This document shows positions 43,239 through 51,821 of a stretch of 57,471 nucleotides of DNA, piece after piece. The first letter of the stretch is position 1; every line of letters starts with the position of its first letter. Under the pieces are notes generated by a model. That model searched no databases, was not told the origin of the DNA, and saw nothing but the letters and a program-made list of their open reading frames with translations. The position numbers were made by a program, and so were the translations under genes. The DNA lies in the NCBI GenBank assembly GCA_015489595.1, contig WFZK01000010.1, positions 1 through 57,471 on the forward strand, read 5' to 3'. Origin of the DNA: Candidatus Dojkabacteria bacterium (GTDB lineage Bacteria; Patescibacteriota; Dojkabacteria; GCA-002793355).

Positions 43239-43550
43239 ATGAAGGAATTTATAGTCAAGGGGAAAAATGTGGGCTTTGTATGCGAGCACTGTGGGAGATA
43301 TGTTCCTCCAGCTAAAGGGACTATTCGGAATCACTGCCCTTTTTGTCTGTATTCAAAACACGTGGATATTTATCCTGGCGATAGAGCCGAGGTATGCAGA
43401 GGACTTATGAAACCATTATGCTATTTAGAGAGAAAAGGGCAGCTTTATCTAAAGCACAAATGTACAAAATGTGGGACTGTGAAGGTTAATAAAGTAGCTG
43501 ATGACGACAATGTGGATGAACTTTTCCAGTTGCCGATGTGTTTGGATTAG
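43239..43550 (+). CDS. RNHCP domain zinc-ribbon protein
   Basis: CEHCG...RNHCPFCLYSKHVD...CTKCG. The internal ATG 43239 avoids overlap with tRNA-Pro. Confidence 0.7.
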   Translation: MKEFIVKGKNVGFVCEHCGRYVPPAKGTIRNHCPFCLYSKHVDIYPGDRAEVCRGLMKPLCYLERKGQLYLKHKCTKCGTVKVNKVADDDNVDELFQLPMCLD

Positions 43551-43596
43551 TTGTAGGGTATAATTAGCTAGATAAGCTAAGATAAATATTCGAAAA

Positions 43597-44589
43597 ATGG
43601 ATAAGAAAGATCCGAGAGAAAAGGTGGTAGAAGCAGCGGTTGCTATGATAGAGAAACGGTTCGGTGAGGGGACCATAATGAGACTTGGATCTAAAAAGCG
43701 TCTTAAGGTAGATGTGATTCCAACTGGAGCTTTATCTTTAGATGTTGCGTTAGGGGTGGGAGGATTGCCTCGTGGTCGAGTTATAGAGATATTTGGACCT
43801 GAGGCTTCTGGAAAAACGACCTTGGCATTACATGTTTTGGCTGAAGCTCAGAAACGAGGAGAAAAGGTTGCATTTATTGATGCTGAACATGCCCTTGATC
43901 CAAGCTATGCCAAAAGGATTGGGGTAGATATTAATGATCTTTACGTGTCTCAGCCAGATTTCGGTGAGCAGGCTTTAGACATAGTTGAAACTTTAGTTAG
44001 ATCCGGAGCTTTTGCTGTAATTGTGGTTGATTCTGTTGCGGCTTTGGTGCCTAAGGCCGAGGTAGAAGGTGAGATGGGAGATGTTCATATGGGACTTCAG
44101 GCTCGGCTTATGTCTCAGGCGCTAAGAAAAATTACACCACTGGCTGGAAAAACCAATACTATGGTCATTTTTCTAAACCAAATCAGATTAAACCTGGGGG
44201 TTAAATTTGGGAATCCTGAGACTACTACGGGAGGGCGCGCTCTTAAATTTTATTCCAGTGTGCGCCTAGACATCCGCAGAAAAGATGCCATCAAAAAAGG
44301 TGATGAGATATTGGGGCATGTAAGGGAGGTCAAGGTTGTCAAAAATAAAGTTGCTCCGCCTTTTAGGACGGCCCGTTTTATCATTTACTTCGCTACAGGG
44401 ATAGATAAAGAGAGTAGCGTACTTGAAGCTGCCTTAAAGTTCGGGGTAGTAGAGAGATCAGGGGCTTGGTATGCTTATAAAGGTCAAAAACTCGGACAAG
44501 GCCAGCAGGCGGCTATAGAGTATTTAAAGGAGCATCCAAAGACAGTGGAAAGCATTACGAAAGATGTGCTCTCTAAGTTGGAGTACTAA
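43597..44589 (+). CDS. recA: Recombinase RecA
   Basis: [60 protein letters not shown]. Confidence 0.97.
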   Translation: MDKKDPREKVVEAAVAMIEKRFGEGTIMRLGSKKRLKVDVIPTGALSLDVALGVGGLPRGRVIEIFGPEASGKTTLALHVLAEAQKRGEKVAFIDAEHALDPSYAKRIGVDINDLYVSQPDFGEQALDIVETLVRSGAFAVIVVDSVAALVPKAEVEGEMGDVHMGLQARLMSQALRKITPLAGKTNTMVIFLNQIRLNLGVKFGNPETTTGGRALKFYSSVRLDIRRKDAIKKGDEILGHVREVKVVKNKVAPPFRTARFIIYFATGIDKESSVLEAALKFGVVERSGAWYAYKGQKLGQGQQAAIEYLKEHPKTVESITKDVLSKLEY

Positions 44590-44630
44590 AAAACGGAGAC
44601 ACGAAGGTTCAGATGATATAATATAGCATT

Positions 44631-44714
44631 GCCGCGGTGGCGGAATTGGCAGACGCGCTGGACTTAGGATCCAGTGCCCTTTCGGGCGTGGAGGTTCGAG
44701 TCCTCTCCGCGGCA
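44631..44714 (+). tRNA. tRNA-Leu (anticodon UAG)
   Basis: Acceptor GCCGCGG/CCGCGGC, anticodon stem CTGGA/TCCAG with loop CTTAGGA, long variable arm, T loop TTCGAGT. TATAAT lies about 10 nt upstream. Confidence 0.85.
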
Positions 44715-44758
44715 AGCTTTGTCTCTTCAGGTCGTCTCAAGTGTTCCGGGAGATTAGG

Positions 44759-45979
44759 TTATTGTTCCTGCCCTAATGATGTTCGGTCATCATTGGATTG
44801 AGTGTACTTAGTTATGATGTCTCTATAGATGTAATAGGATCTTCTAGGTCTTCTCTTAAAGTTATTTTCATAATCGACTTCGATTAATCCGAATCGTGCA
44901 GAGAAGCCTTCTGTCCACTCGAAATTATCAAGAAGTGACCAGTGAAGATATCCTTTTATCTTTACCTTCTCTTTTTTCGCTTTCTCTAGGGCTTTGATAG
45001 TTTCCTTAATGAACCAAGGTCGGTGTTTATCTTTAGAGTCGGCTAAACCGTTTTCAGTGATAATTATCGGTTTGTTTAAGTGACCTAAATTTTTGAGCAC
45101 ATGGTATATGTTTTGGGGAGTAAGCCACCATCCCAAGTCGCTCACTCTGGTATTAGGATTTTTAATACGAAACTTTTTGAACTGGTTCGTAAAATAGTAG
45201 TTAATACCAAGATAATCTAAGTAGTTTTTAAGGTAGTATAGGGGGAGAAGTTGTATCCTGAAAGCCAATTTAGCTAAGAGATTGTCGAATATAAACAAAG
45301 GATTATTGTCCTTTTGGGCTTGGAACCATGCGATATTGAATACTAGTGTTACAGGTTTTTTGGGATTGAGTTTTTTAATGAATCGGTAGGCAACTTTATG
45401 AGTGCTGAGTAAATTGGTAAGTACGGTCAGGGTTTTAATAGGGGATCTTTTCTGAGGAGGCCACCTACCCTTAAGATAACTCTGGCTAGCACATACAATC
45501 GGCTCGTTAATAGTAATTATAGCATCCGTGAATCTATCAATATGAGGTAGTATGGCTTTTAGGTATTTGAGAAAGAAGTTAGTATTGTGTTTGTTCTCAA
45601 AGCCTCCTCTTTGGGCAAACCATAGTGGGAGGGTGAAGTGGTGTAGTATTACTAGAGTGTAGAGTTCATAGCTTTTCGCAGTTCTAAGAATATCTGTGTA
45701 TTTTGTTATTGCTCTCCGATCAATTGTGTTTGGACGGGGGAATATTCTGCTCCATTCGATGGAAAGTCTTATGGCATTTGATTTAAGCTTTTTGGCGGAT
45801 TTTAGGTCCTGTTTATAAAGTACCCAGAAATTAGCTGCTTTACCAGATCTATCCTTTGTACCATTGGGTTTCCCTAAGTTCCTGAGTTCCCAGTGCCACC
45901 AGTCAGCGTGTTTGTTTTCTCCCTCTACTTTGTATGCAGAGAGGGAGGTCCCCTATAAGAATTCTTTAGGAAAGCCCAC
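44759..45979 (-). pseudogene. GH1 beta-glucosidase interrupted by a single in-frame TAG at codon 9 (45953-45955)
   Basis: Manual reverse-strand translation is continuous: V-GFPKEFL*GTSLSAYKVEGENKHADWW...RLSIEWSRIFP...TINEP...ITENG...WSLLDNFEW. The TAG sits where GH1 has the conserved Trp of FxWG. The ORF track reports only the last 179 aa. Confidence 0.75.
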
Positions 45980-46114
45980 TTTCTATTTTAGCAATACTCT
46001 CTGATGGGTTCATCTCCAGGAGGATTGGGGGATAGAAAGGATACTCAGAACTAACTGATTGAAGTGGGAGCCGTAGGACTTCTAATCAGGACGTAGTTTA
46101 AAGGTTGAGACGAA

Positions 46115-46161
46115 GGGTCGTGGGGCAAAATGCGTCAATCTCGCATTTTGCCCCACGACCC
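46115..46161. repeat. Type-1 palindromic repeat (20 bp perfect stem, 7 nt loop)
   Basis: GGGTCGTGGGGCAAAATGCG-tcaatct-CGCATTTTGCCCCACGACCC. Confidence 0.9.
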
Positions 46162-46170
46162 GAATCCCCC

Positions 46171-46199
46171 TTGGATTGAGAGATTCTTTTCTGTATAAT
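46171..46199 (+). promoter_or_regulatory. Promoter TTGGAT, 17 nt, TATAAT driving tRNA-Glu (and probably lepB)
   Basis: Hexamers read directly. The tRNA 5' end lies 14 nt after the -10. Hairpin 46115-46161 ends 9 nt before the -35. Confidence 0.6.
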
Positions 46200-46212
46200 A
46201 GGGAAGCTTTGG

Positions 46213-46284
46213 GCCGCCGTCGTCTAACGGCTAGGACAGCGGGTTTTCAACCCGTAAATCGGGGTTCGACTCCCCGCGGCGGCA
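46213..46284 (+). tRNA. tRNA-Glu (anticodon UUC)
   Basis: Acceptor GCCGCCG/CGGCGGC, D arm GTC-TAACGGCTAG-GAC, anticodon loop TTTTCAA, T arm CGGGG-TTCGACT-CCCCG, discriminator A at 46284. Confidence 0.85.
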
Positions 46285-46880
46285 TGTTAAATATGTGGGA
46301 GGTTATTAAAAAATTCCTTGACTATCTGCAAGAGTTTGTTTTGACTCCGGCCATTGTAGTTATCCTTATTTGGCTTTTTGTTTTAGGGTTAAGAAAAGTT
46401 GATGGTATTTCTATGTATCCTTATCTGCACGATAAAGATATAATAGGACTTTATAAACTTCAATATGTTTACTCTAAGCCTAAAAGAGGAGATGTGGTAG
46501 TTTTCAGGCACACGAATACCCAGTATTATGTGAAGAGAGTTATTGGTTTGCCCGGAGAAACAATCATGGTTTCAGGTGGAAAGGTTTATATAAATGGAAA
46601 GCAGCTTGACGAAAGTGAATATTTGGATAGTTCCGTGTATACGATCCCTGGGAATTTCTTGGCTGAAGGTGTTCCCTACACTATTCCGGATGGGCAGTAT
46701 TTTTGTATGGGAGATAACAGACAGAACAGCACAGATTCTAGAGATTTTGGTCCAGTTTCTTTGGATTTGATTAAAGGGCGCGTGGTTTTCGTGCTTTATC
46801 CTTTCGATCATATAAAGTGGGTAAAAAGAGTTGATTATTCTAGCTTGGACGGTGGTATTAGCTTGGATATGTTATATTGA
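46284..46880 (+). CDS. lepB: Signal peptidase I (start at ATG 46284 or ATG 46293; the longer ORF from 46176 runs through tRNA-Glu)
   Basis: GISMYPYL (catalytic Ser), YVKRVIGLPGE (catalytic Lys), GDNRQNSTDSRDFG. Confidence 0.8.
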   Translation: MLNMWEVIKKFLDYLQEFVLTPAIVVILIWLFVLGLRKVDGISMYPYLHDKDIIGLYKLQYVYSKPKRGDVVVFRHTNTQYYVKRVIGLPGETIMVSGGKVYINGKQLDESEYLDSSVYTIPGNFLAEGVPYTIPDGQYFCMGDNRQNSTDSRDFGPVSLDLIKGRVVFVLYPFDHIKWVKRVDYSSLDGGISLDMLY

Positions 46881-46906
46881 TTAAGATAAGCTAGGAGCTA
46901 GACTAT

Positions 46907-47620
46907 ATGTATAAAACTACGGAGTGTGTGCTTGATGAAATAGAGGTTCCGGAGACTCTTCCTCGTAAAGTGGTCGATATCTCAGAATTGATGAGAAAAG
47001 CTGAATCATTAAGTAAGCAGGATCTCCCTCTGGTAACTGTTAACAATAAACTGCTAGTAGGAGAGCTCTACTACAGAGTTCTAAAGCTTAAGAATTTCAG
47101 GTTGGTAGAGTGCGTTGAGGCTACGGAGGTTAATGGCAAGATTTTAGCTTCGTTGTTAAAAGAGTATATTAAGAAGGGGTGGCTGAATATCATAGAAATA
47201 TCAATGGCCTTGGATTTCTTAAACAGGGTCAAAGGTATCCCTCAGAAACAATTAGGTCAAGTATTAGGTTTAAGCAGAGTGGCGGTGACCAATAAGTTGA
47301 GGCTGCTGAAGCTGCCTTACCAGGCTCAAGACGCATTAGTTAACGGGAAGATTTCAGAGGGGCATGCCAGAGCCTTGTTATCCTTAAAAGAAGAAGATTT
47401 ACTCGTATTCGCTTTAGAGCGAGTTTTACGTGAAAACTACTCGGTAAGAGAGACAGAGAAGCTGGTCAGGGAGATCTTAGGGAAAGAGAAGAAATCCAGA
47501 AGGCACGACGGTATTAGGGATTTTACAGCTGATACCTCCCTCAACAAGTTGGTTATAACTTTTGAGTCCCTGGATAGTCTTCAAAAGTTTGTTAGTCAGT
47601 GTTTAGCACGTAGAAAGTAG
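46907..47620 (+). CDS. ParB/Spo0J-like HTH protein with degenerate N-terminal arginine patch
   Basis: HTH region PQKQLGQVLGLSRVAVTNKLRLLKLPYQAQDALVNGKISEGHARALL. GELYYR stands where GERRxR is expected. SD AGGAG upstream. Confidence 0.65.
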   Translation: MYKTTECVLDEIEVPETLPRKVVDISELMRKAESLSKQDLPLVTVNNKLLVGELYYRVLKLKNFRLVECVEATEVNGKILASLLKEYIKKGWLNIIEISMALDFLNRVKGIPQKQLGQVLGLSRVAVTNKLRLLKLPYQAQDALVNGKISEGHARALLSLKEEDLLVFALERVLRENYSVRETEKLVREILGKEKKSRRHDGIRDFTADTSLNKLVITFESLDSLQKFVSQCLARRK

Positions 47621-48554
47621 ACCTCCCTTTACCCATCCTGCGGATGAGTCCTAGCTTTTCGAGTTTTTTTAGGTCTCTAAAGGCTGTCATGAATGAGACA
47701 TTCAGTTCTTGAACGCAATCTGCTCTGGTTATTCTACGTTTTCTTCTAAAAAGTGAGAGTAGCTTCTTTTGTCGGTACATTAGCTGATAATCAAGAGTTT
47801 GACTGGCTTTAATCAGGGTTTTAGCAGAATTATAGAGAAGTTCTGCTTGATTTAGGGTTTGTTGAACAAAATTAGTGAACGTGGCTTTTTTCCCGTAGGT
47901 TTCAAGAATATCAAGTATTAAGCTACACATAGGGATTAATTGATAAAGGGAACTATATTTAGAGGAGATCACGATAAATTTTGCCAACGCTAAAGCGGTG
48001 TGCAGATTCATGTCAATAAATGGACACAAGAATGACAGGTTAGCGGTATAATAGAAAGCCCCGATCAGGGGGTGTTCGGGCTTGTAGCCCAGTAGCTCTG
48101 AAAGGCTAGATACTGTATTGGTGCCGAAGTTGTTGTGAAATTTAATGGCTTGATATTTCCTTTGCGGTTCTTCGTAAGGGTTGCGGATTCTTCCTCTTTC
48201 CCAATACTCTAAGATGTTTTCTGCAAGTATAGAATGGGTTTGTTGAATCGTCGCCAGGTTTAATTCTGTTTTCTGAGTGGAGGTGTAAAACCTTAGTACG
48301 TTCCTGTAGTTTATAAGGAGCCTCACCGCGAGATCCTTTTGCATTGGATTTGGGTTTTTAATGTATTTTTTAAGCTGTGCTTCATCTAGTTGTATTCCTG
48401 AAGCTTTAAGTATACACTTGGCTTCCTCAAGCTCTATTTGTTTTTTAAAGTGCCTGAGTACTTTACCTTTAGCCATTGAGGCTATTTTGCTAAGCAGGGA
48501 GTGTATATCGATTAATAATACTGTGTCCTTTTCTGTTACGAACATGTTACGCAA
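47592..48554 (-). CDS. Fic-fold protein with degenerate Fic motif and C-terminal winged HTH
   Basis: CPFIDMNLHTALAL aligns to HPFxDGNGRxxR with four key substitutions. The C-terminus RITRADCVQELNVSFMTAFRDLKKLEKLGLI is wHTH-like. The start may be ATG at 48545. Confidence 0.5.
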   Translation of the reverse strand: MRNMFVTEKDTVLLIDIHSLLSKIASMAKGKVLRHFKKQIELEEAKCILKASGIQLDEAQLKKYIKNPNPMQKDLAVRLLINYRNVLRFYTSTQKTELNLATIQQTHSILAENILEYWERGRIRNPYEEPQRKYQAIKFHNNFGTNTVSSLSELLGYKPEHPLIGAFYYTANLSFLCPFIDMNLHTALALAKFIVISSKYSSLYQLIPMCSLILDILETYGKKATFTNFVQQTLNQAELLYNSAKTLIKASQTLDYQLMYRQKKLLSLFRRKRRITRADCVQELNVSFMTAFRDLKKLEKLGLIRRMGKGRSTFYVLNTD

Positions 48555-48583
48555 GTATACTTTGTGTTCGACTTCTTTACAAG

Positions 48584-48637
48584 TTAGGGGGCTGTGCCAA
48601 AAATCGGAAAGTCTCGATTTTTGGCACAGCCCCCTAA
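48584..48637. repeat. Type-2 palindromic repeat (23 bp perfect stem, 8 nt loop)
   Basis: TTAGGGGGCTGTGCCAAAAATCG-gaaagtct-CGATTTTTGGCACAGCCCCCTAA. Confidence 0.9.
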
Positions 48638-48666
48638 TTGCTTTACCTCCCTTTGTTTATCATCCC

Positions 48667-48675
48667 TGCTATAAT
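48667..48675 (+). promoter_or_regulatory. Extended -10 promoter (TGcTATAAT) for tRNA-Ser
   Basis: Read directly. The tRNA starts 12 nt downstream. Confidence 0.5.
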
Positions 48676-48686
48676 AATCCAAGTAC

Positions 48687-48773
48687 GGAGGGGTGCCGGA
48701 GTGGTTGAACGGGCCGCTCTCGAAAAGCGGTGTCCGAGTAATCGGACCGAGGGTTCGAATCCCTCCCCCTCCG
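48687..48773 (+). tRNA. tRNA-Ser (anticodon CGA)
   Basis: Acceptor GGAGGGG/CCCCTCC, anticodon stem CCGCT/AGCGG with loop CTCGAAA, long variable arm, T arm GAGGG-TTCGAAT-CCCTC. Confidence 0.85.
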
Positions 48774-48813
48774 TAGGTTCTAGGTTAACTAAGTTAATAA
48801 GGTGCTGGCGAAT

Positions 48814-50223
48814 ATGATGCCCCCTGTCAAGATTATATGTACTATAGGTCCAGCCACTTGGGATCCGGATGTGGTAAGACAACTTATCGACCTGGGAATG
48901 ACCGCAGCCAGAGTAAATGGAGCCTTCGCAGATCCTGACGAGTTAGACAAGGTAAAGAGGCTGGTAAGAATGTTCTCGAAGGATGTTTCCCTGATGGTAG
49001 ACGTTAAAGGGCCTGAGATAAGGCTTAATAAGTTCAAGGAGACACTTAAAATTAAGCCAGGAGATACGGTAATAATTGGATCTAATCCAGAGAGAGATCA
49101 GATCTATCCAGCCAATTATCCAGATATTTATAAGTTGCTTAAGAGAGGGAATAAGATCGTAGTCGGAGATGGTGACGTGGTTTTAATCGTAGATAAGGTT
49201 GACGAGTTAGAGGGGAAAATTTATGCCACAGTAGAGTTTGGCGAGCAGATTAAGCCTGGAAAAGCATTGAATTTAGTAGGGGTATCCCATACAGAGGAAG
49301 TTCTGACTCAGAAAGATGTAGTGAATCTAAAGCATGGTTTATCAACAGGCTGGGATATGGTTTCTGCATCATTTATTAAAAACAAAGCCTCAGCCCTTAA
49401 AGTTAGAGAAGTGATAGGTGATAGGATGCATCTTATTGCTAAGATCGAAGATGAGGAAGGGGTGCAGAACATTAATGAAATTTTAGAAGTTGTCGATGGA
49501 ATTATGGTTGCAAGAGGAGGACTAGGGGTTTCTATGGGCCTTGAATATGTACCGGTTGTGGAGCGAGAGCTTATTCGTAAAGCAAATCAGATAGGGAAGC
49601 CGGTAATCACTGCAACACAACTTCTTGAGTCTATGGTTGAGAATCCATTCCCTACTCGAGCAGAGGTAAATGACATAGAAACGGCGGTGCTGTTGGGGAC
49701 AGACGGGCTTATGCTATCTGGAGAGACAGCAGCAGGTAAGTATCCAGTAGAGGCTGTAAAGACCCTGGTAGAGATCTCAAAGTTTGCTTATTCTTTCGTA
49801 GAGCCCAGAGAGGATTTCCCCACCTCTTCAGCATCGCTAACTACACTCGCTTTGGCTAACGCTGCAATAGACATAGCGCATGATATGGGAGACCAATTAA
49901 GCGCTGTAGTTATAGTTACGCGTTCTGGTACTACTGCTAGATTGGTTGCAAGGGGGAATCTGAAACAGCCCATCTATGTATTTACTAATTCCGAGCTATC
50001 TAGAAAAGGTATGAATTTAGTCAAAGGTGTAGAGGCCGCGTTTCTTTTAGAAAAAGGTCCACCCGGCTTTCGTACCCAAAGAGACGTAGCTGTAGACTTT
50101 TTAAAGCAGCTACTAAAAGAGTATGGCTTAGTAAAGCCAGGGCAGCGAGTGTTAGTTTTAGGGAAGACTCCTATAACAGGAGAGGAGTTTTTCCCTAATG
50201 TTTTCGAGGTGATGACAATTTAG
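48814..50223 (+). CDS. pyk: Pyruvate kinase
   Basis: KIICTIGPA, AARVNGAF, VDVKGPEIR, IAKIEDEEG, MVARGGLGV, TATQLLESM. ATG 48814 is preferred over GTG 48802. Confidence 0.9.
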   Translation: MMPPVKIICTIGPATWDPDVVRQLIDLGMTAARVNGAFADPDELDKVKRLVRMFSKDVSLMVDVKGPEIRLNKFKETLKIKPGDTVIIGSNPERDQIYPANYPDIYKLLKRGNKIVVGDGDVVLIVDKVDELEGKIYATVEFGEQIKPGKALNLVGVSHTEEVLTQKDVVNLKHGLSTGWDMVSASFIKNKASALKVREVIGDRMHLIAKIEDEEGVQNINEILEVVDGIMVARGGLGVSMGLEYVPVVERELIRKANQIGKPVITATQLLESMVENPFPTRAEVNDIETAVLLGTDGLMLSGETAAGKYPVEAVKTLVEISKFAYSFVEPREDFPTSSASLTTLALANAAIDIAHDMGDQLSAVVIVTRSGTTARLVARGNLKQPIYVFTNSELSRKGMNLVKGVEAAFLLEKGPPGFRTQRDVAVDFLKQLLKEYGLVKPGQRVLVLGKTPITGEEFFPNVFEVMTI

Positions 50224-51083
50224 CTTTTATGCGCTCCCTTCTTAAGTAGATTAGTAGCTGCGCTGACAGCAAGATAAATAGACGCAACTACGCTTAGATA
50301 GCCTAGAGCTATTATATTTTTGCCGAACACTTTAAGGGCATCCTCAAGTGAGCCTGCTGAATTTGGTAAGGTTGATCCTTTCTGTGTCTTTTGAATCTTG
50401 TCCAAATTGATGTTTAGATGGAGCTTTGCAGCTTTACTGATATTTCCGCTTTTATCTATTGCGAATATATAAAGGTTTGGGGTTTTCAGATTCTTCAAAC
50501 CTATGGTGATCTTAAATGGTCCTTTGGTAACATTTTTTTCTACAACCCGCGTGCTTTCGTTTTGGACTACAAGGACGGAATCTTCTGTGACCTCGCCGCT
50601 TAGGTAAAGCTTATCTTTTGAAACTTTCGAGGTTACCTTAGAGACTTCTGGAGCCGTTTTGTCCACAACGATCAAAAGAGGTGTTTTCTCTTTACTTCTA
50701 AGCTTAAGAAACAAAATCCGAGTTTGAGTCTGGAGTGCTAGTTCGTGCTTTCCTTCTTTTAATCTAAGGAGTGTGGTAAAGTATCCGTCGGAGTCTGCTT
50801 TGGCTTCTGTAATTTGGGTGTTATTCTCGAAGATTAGTACCTTGGCTTTAGGTTTTGTCTTTCCTTTGATTGTTATCTCTTCAGACGTGGAGTATATTGG
50901 GGTTTGTGAGAGTAATTGGGGTGCTTGGACTTTGGAACTTGAGATGGCTGGGATGCGTTTTATGAACTGCCACAGACTGAAAAAGATTAAGATTACACCG
51001 ATTAGAATTAAAATCTTCCCGAGCAGTTTAGAAGCGTTTTCTTGAGCGGAGTTTTCTTGTGGAGGTGTCACCTTTGTTCCCAT
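50220..51083 (-). CDS. Surface protein with N-terminal anchor, Ig-like repeats and a C-terminal LPNSAG / hydrophobic / basic sorting-signal-like tail
   Basis: The tail is LPNSAG (nt 50352-50369), a 14 aa spacer, IIALGYLSVVASIYLAVSAATNLL, then KKGAHKS. Divergent from the sortase gene. Confidence 0.5.
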   Translation of the reverse strand: MGTKVTPPQENSAQENASKLLGKILILIGVILIFFSLWQFIKRIPAISSSKVQAPQLLSQTPIYSTSEEITIKGKTKPKAKVLIFENNTQITEAKADSDGYFTTLLRLKEGKHELALQTQTRILFLKLRSKEKTPLLIVVDKTAPEVSKVTSKVSKDKLYLSGEVTEDSVLVVQNESTRVVEKNVTKGPFKITIGLKNLKTPNLYIFAIDKSGNISKAAKLHLNINLDKIQKTQKGSTLPNSAGSLEDALKVFGKNIIALGYLSVVASIYLAVSAATNLLKKGAHKS

Positions 51084-51151
51084 TTATAGTATAAGATTAT
51101 TTTAGCTCTTGATATGGTAGTATAATAAAATATACTAAGGTTAACAAGTAT

Positions 51152-51820
51152 ATGATGTTTTCAACCTTAATACGCATTCTAAATACGGTTTTCTTGCTTG
51201 TGATCGCTGCAATGTTTATGCTTTTTGGAACTTCTAGTTTTAGTAGATATATCTTTTACTCTAGGGCAGAAAGTCCTGTGTACACCTTTGTATATAGCTT
51301 TTTCAGTAGCATTTTTGGAGAGCGATCAGAGATTGTTGCTCCAGAGCATTTTGTTGTGTTTAGCAGCGAACCCGTACATCACAGAATAAATTTTAGATTT
51401 GAAAAATATAATGCTGTTCTAGAGATCCCTAGGCTCTCTATTAAGGGGCCGATCGTTGATGGGAAAAGTGAGACCGCTATGGAGCGGGGTTTTTGGCACT
51501 ATCCGTCAACTGGGACCCTTTTAGATTTGAAAAACATTGTTGTTGTTGGTCATAGATACTTGAAGGTTCCCCCTGCCCAGGATACTTTTTTTAATTTAGA
51601 TAAGGTAAAGAAGGGAGACCTGATAAAAATCACTTCAGATTTAGGAGTGTGGGAATTTAGCGTAGTTGACAAAAAGGTTGTTAGTGTTGAAGATACTTGG
51701 GTTCTTCTGCCGAGGCCTGACACTCTGACTCTTATTACTTGTCATCCACTGTGGACAGATAGACAGAGACTGGTTATAATTGCTCGCTTGATACGCGATT
51801 CAGAGTTAATATTAAGGTAG
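51152..51820 (+). CDS. Sortase family transpeptidase
   Basis: N-terminal TM, His in VVVGHR, catalytic Cys in LTLITCHP, Arg in RLVIIARL. Confidence 0.8.
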   Translation: MMFSTLIRILNTVFLLVIAAMFMLFGTSSFSRYIFYSRAESPVYTFVYSFFSSIFGERSEIVAPEHFVVFSSEPVHHRINFRFEKYNAVLEIPRLSIKGPIVDGKSETAMERGFWHYPSTGTLLDLKNIVVVGHRYLKVPPAQDTFFNLDKVKKGDLIKITSDLGVWEFSVVDKKVVSVEDTWVLLPRPDTLTLITCHPLWTDRQRLVIIARLIRDSELILR

Positions 51821-51821
51821 T

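Noticed and set aside
43128-43334. 68 aa minus-strand ORF
   Set aside because: It is read through tRNA-Pro (43142-43215) and is antisense to the RNHCP gene, so it is spurious. The same reasoning applies to 44524-44715 (through tRNA-Leu) and 48643-48882 (through tRNA-Ser).
15095-48637. Possibility that the conserved palindromes are CRISPR repeats
   Set aside because: The copies are kilobases apart and single or paired. They have no regular repeat-spacer periodicity, and there are no cas genes in the window.
43142-48773. Integrated mobile element or genomic island at the tRNA genes (Pro, Leu, Glu, Ser within 6 kb)
   Set aside because: I found no integrase, excisionase, phage or conjugation genes and no direct repeats of tRNA 3' ends. 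The flanking genes are housekeeping (recJ, recA, lepB, pyk). The GH1 pseudogene is the only accessory-looking gene.
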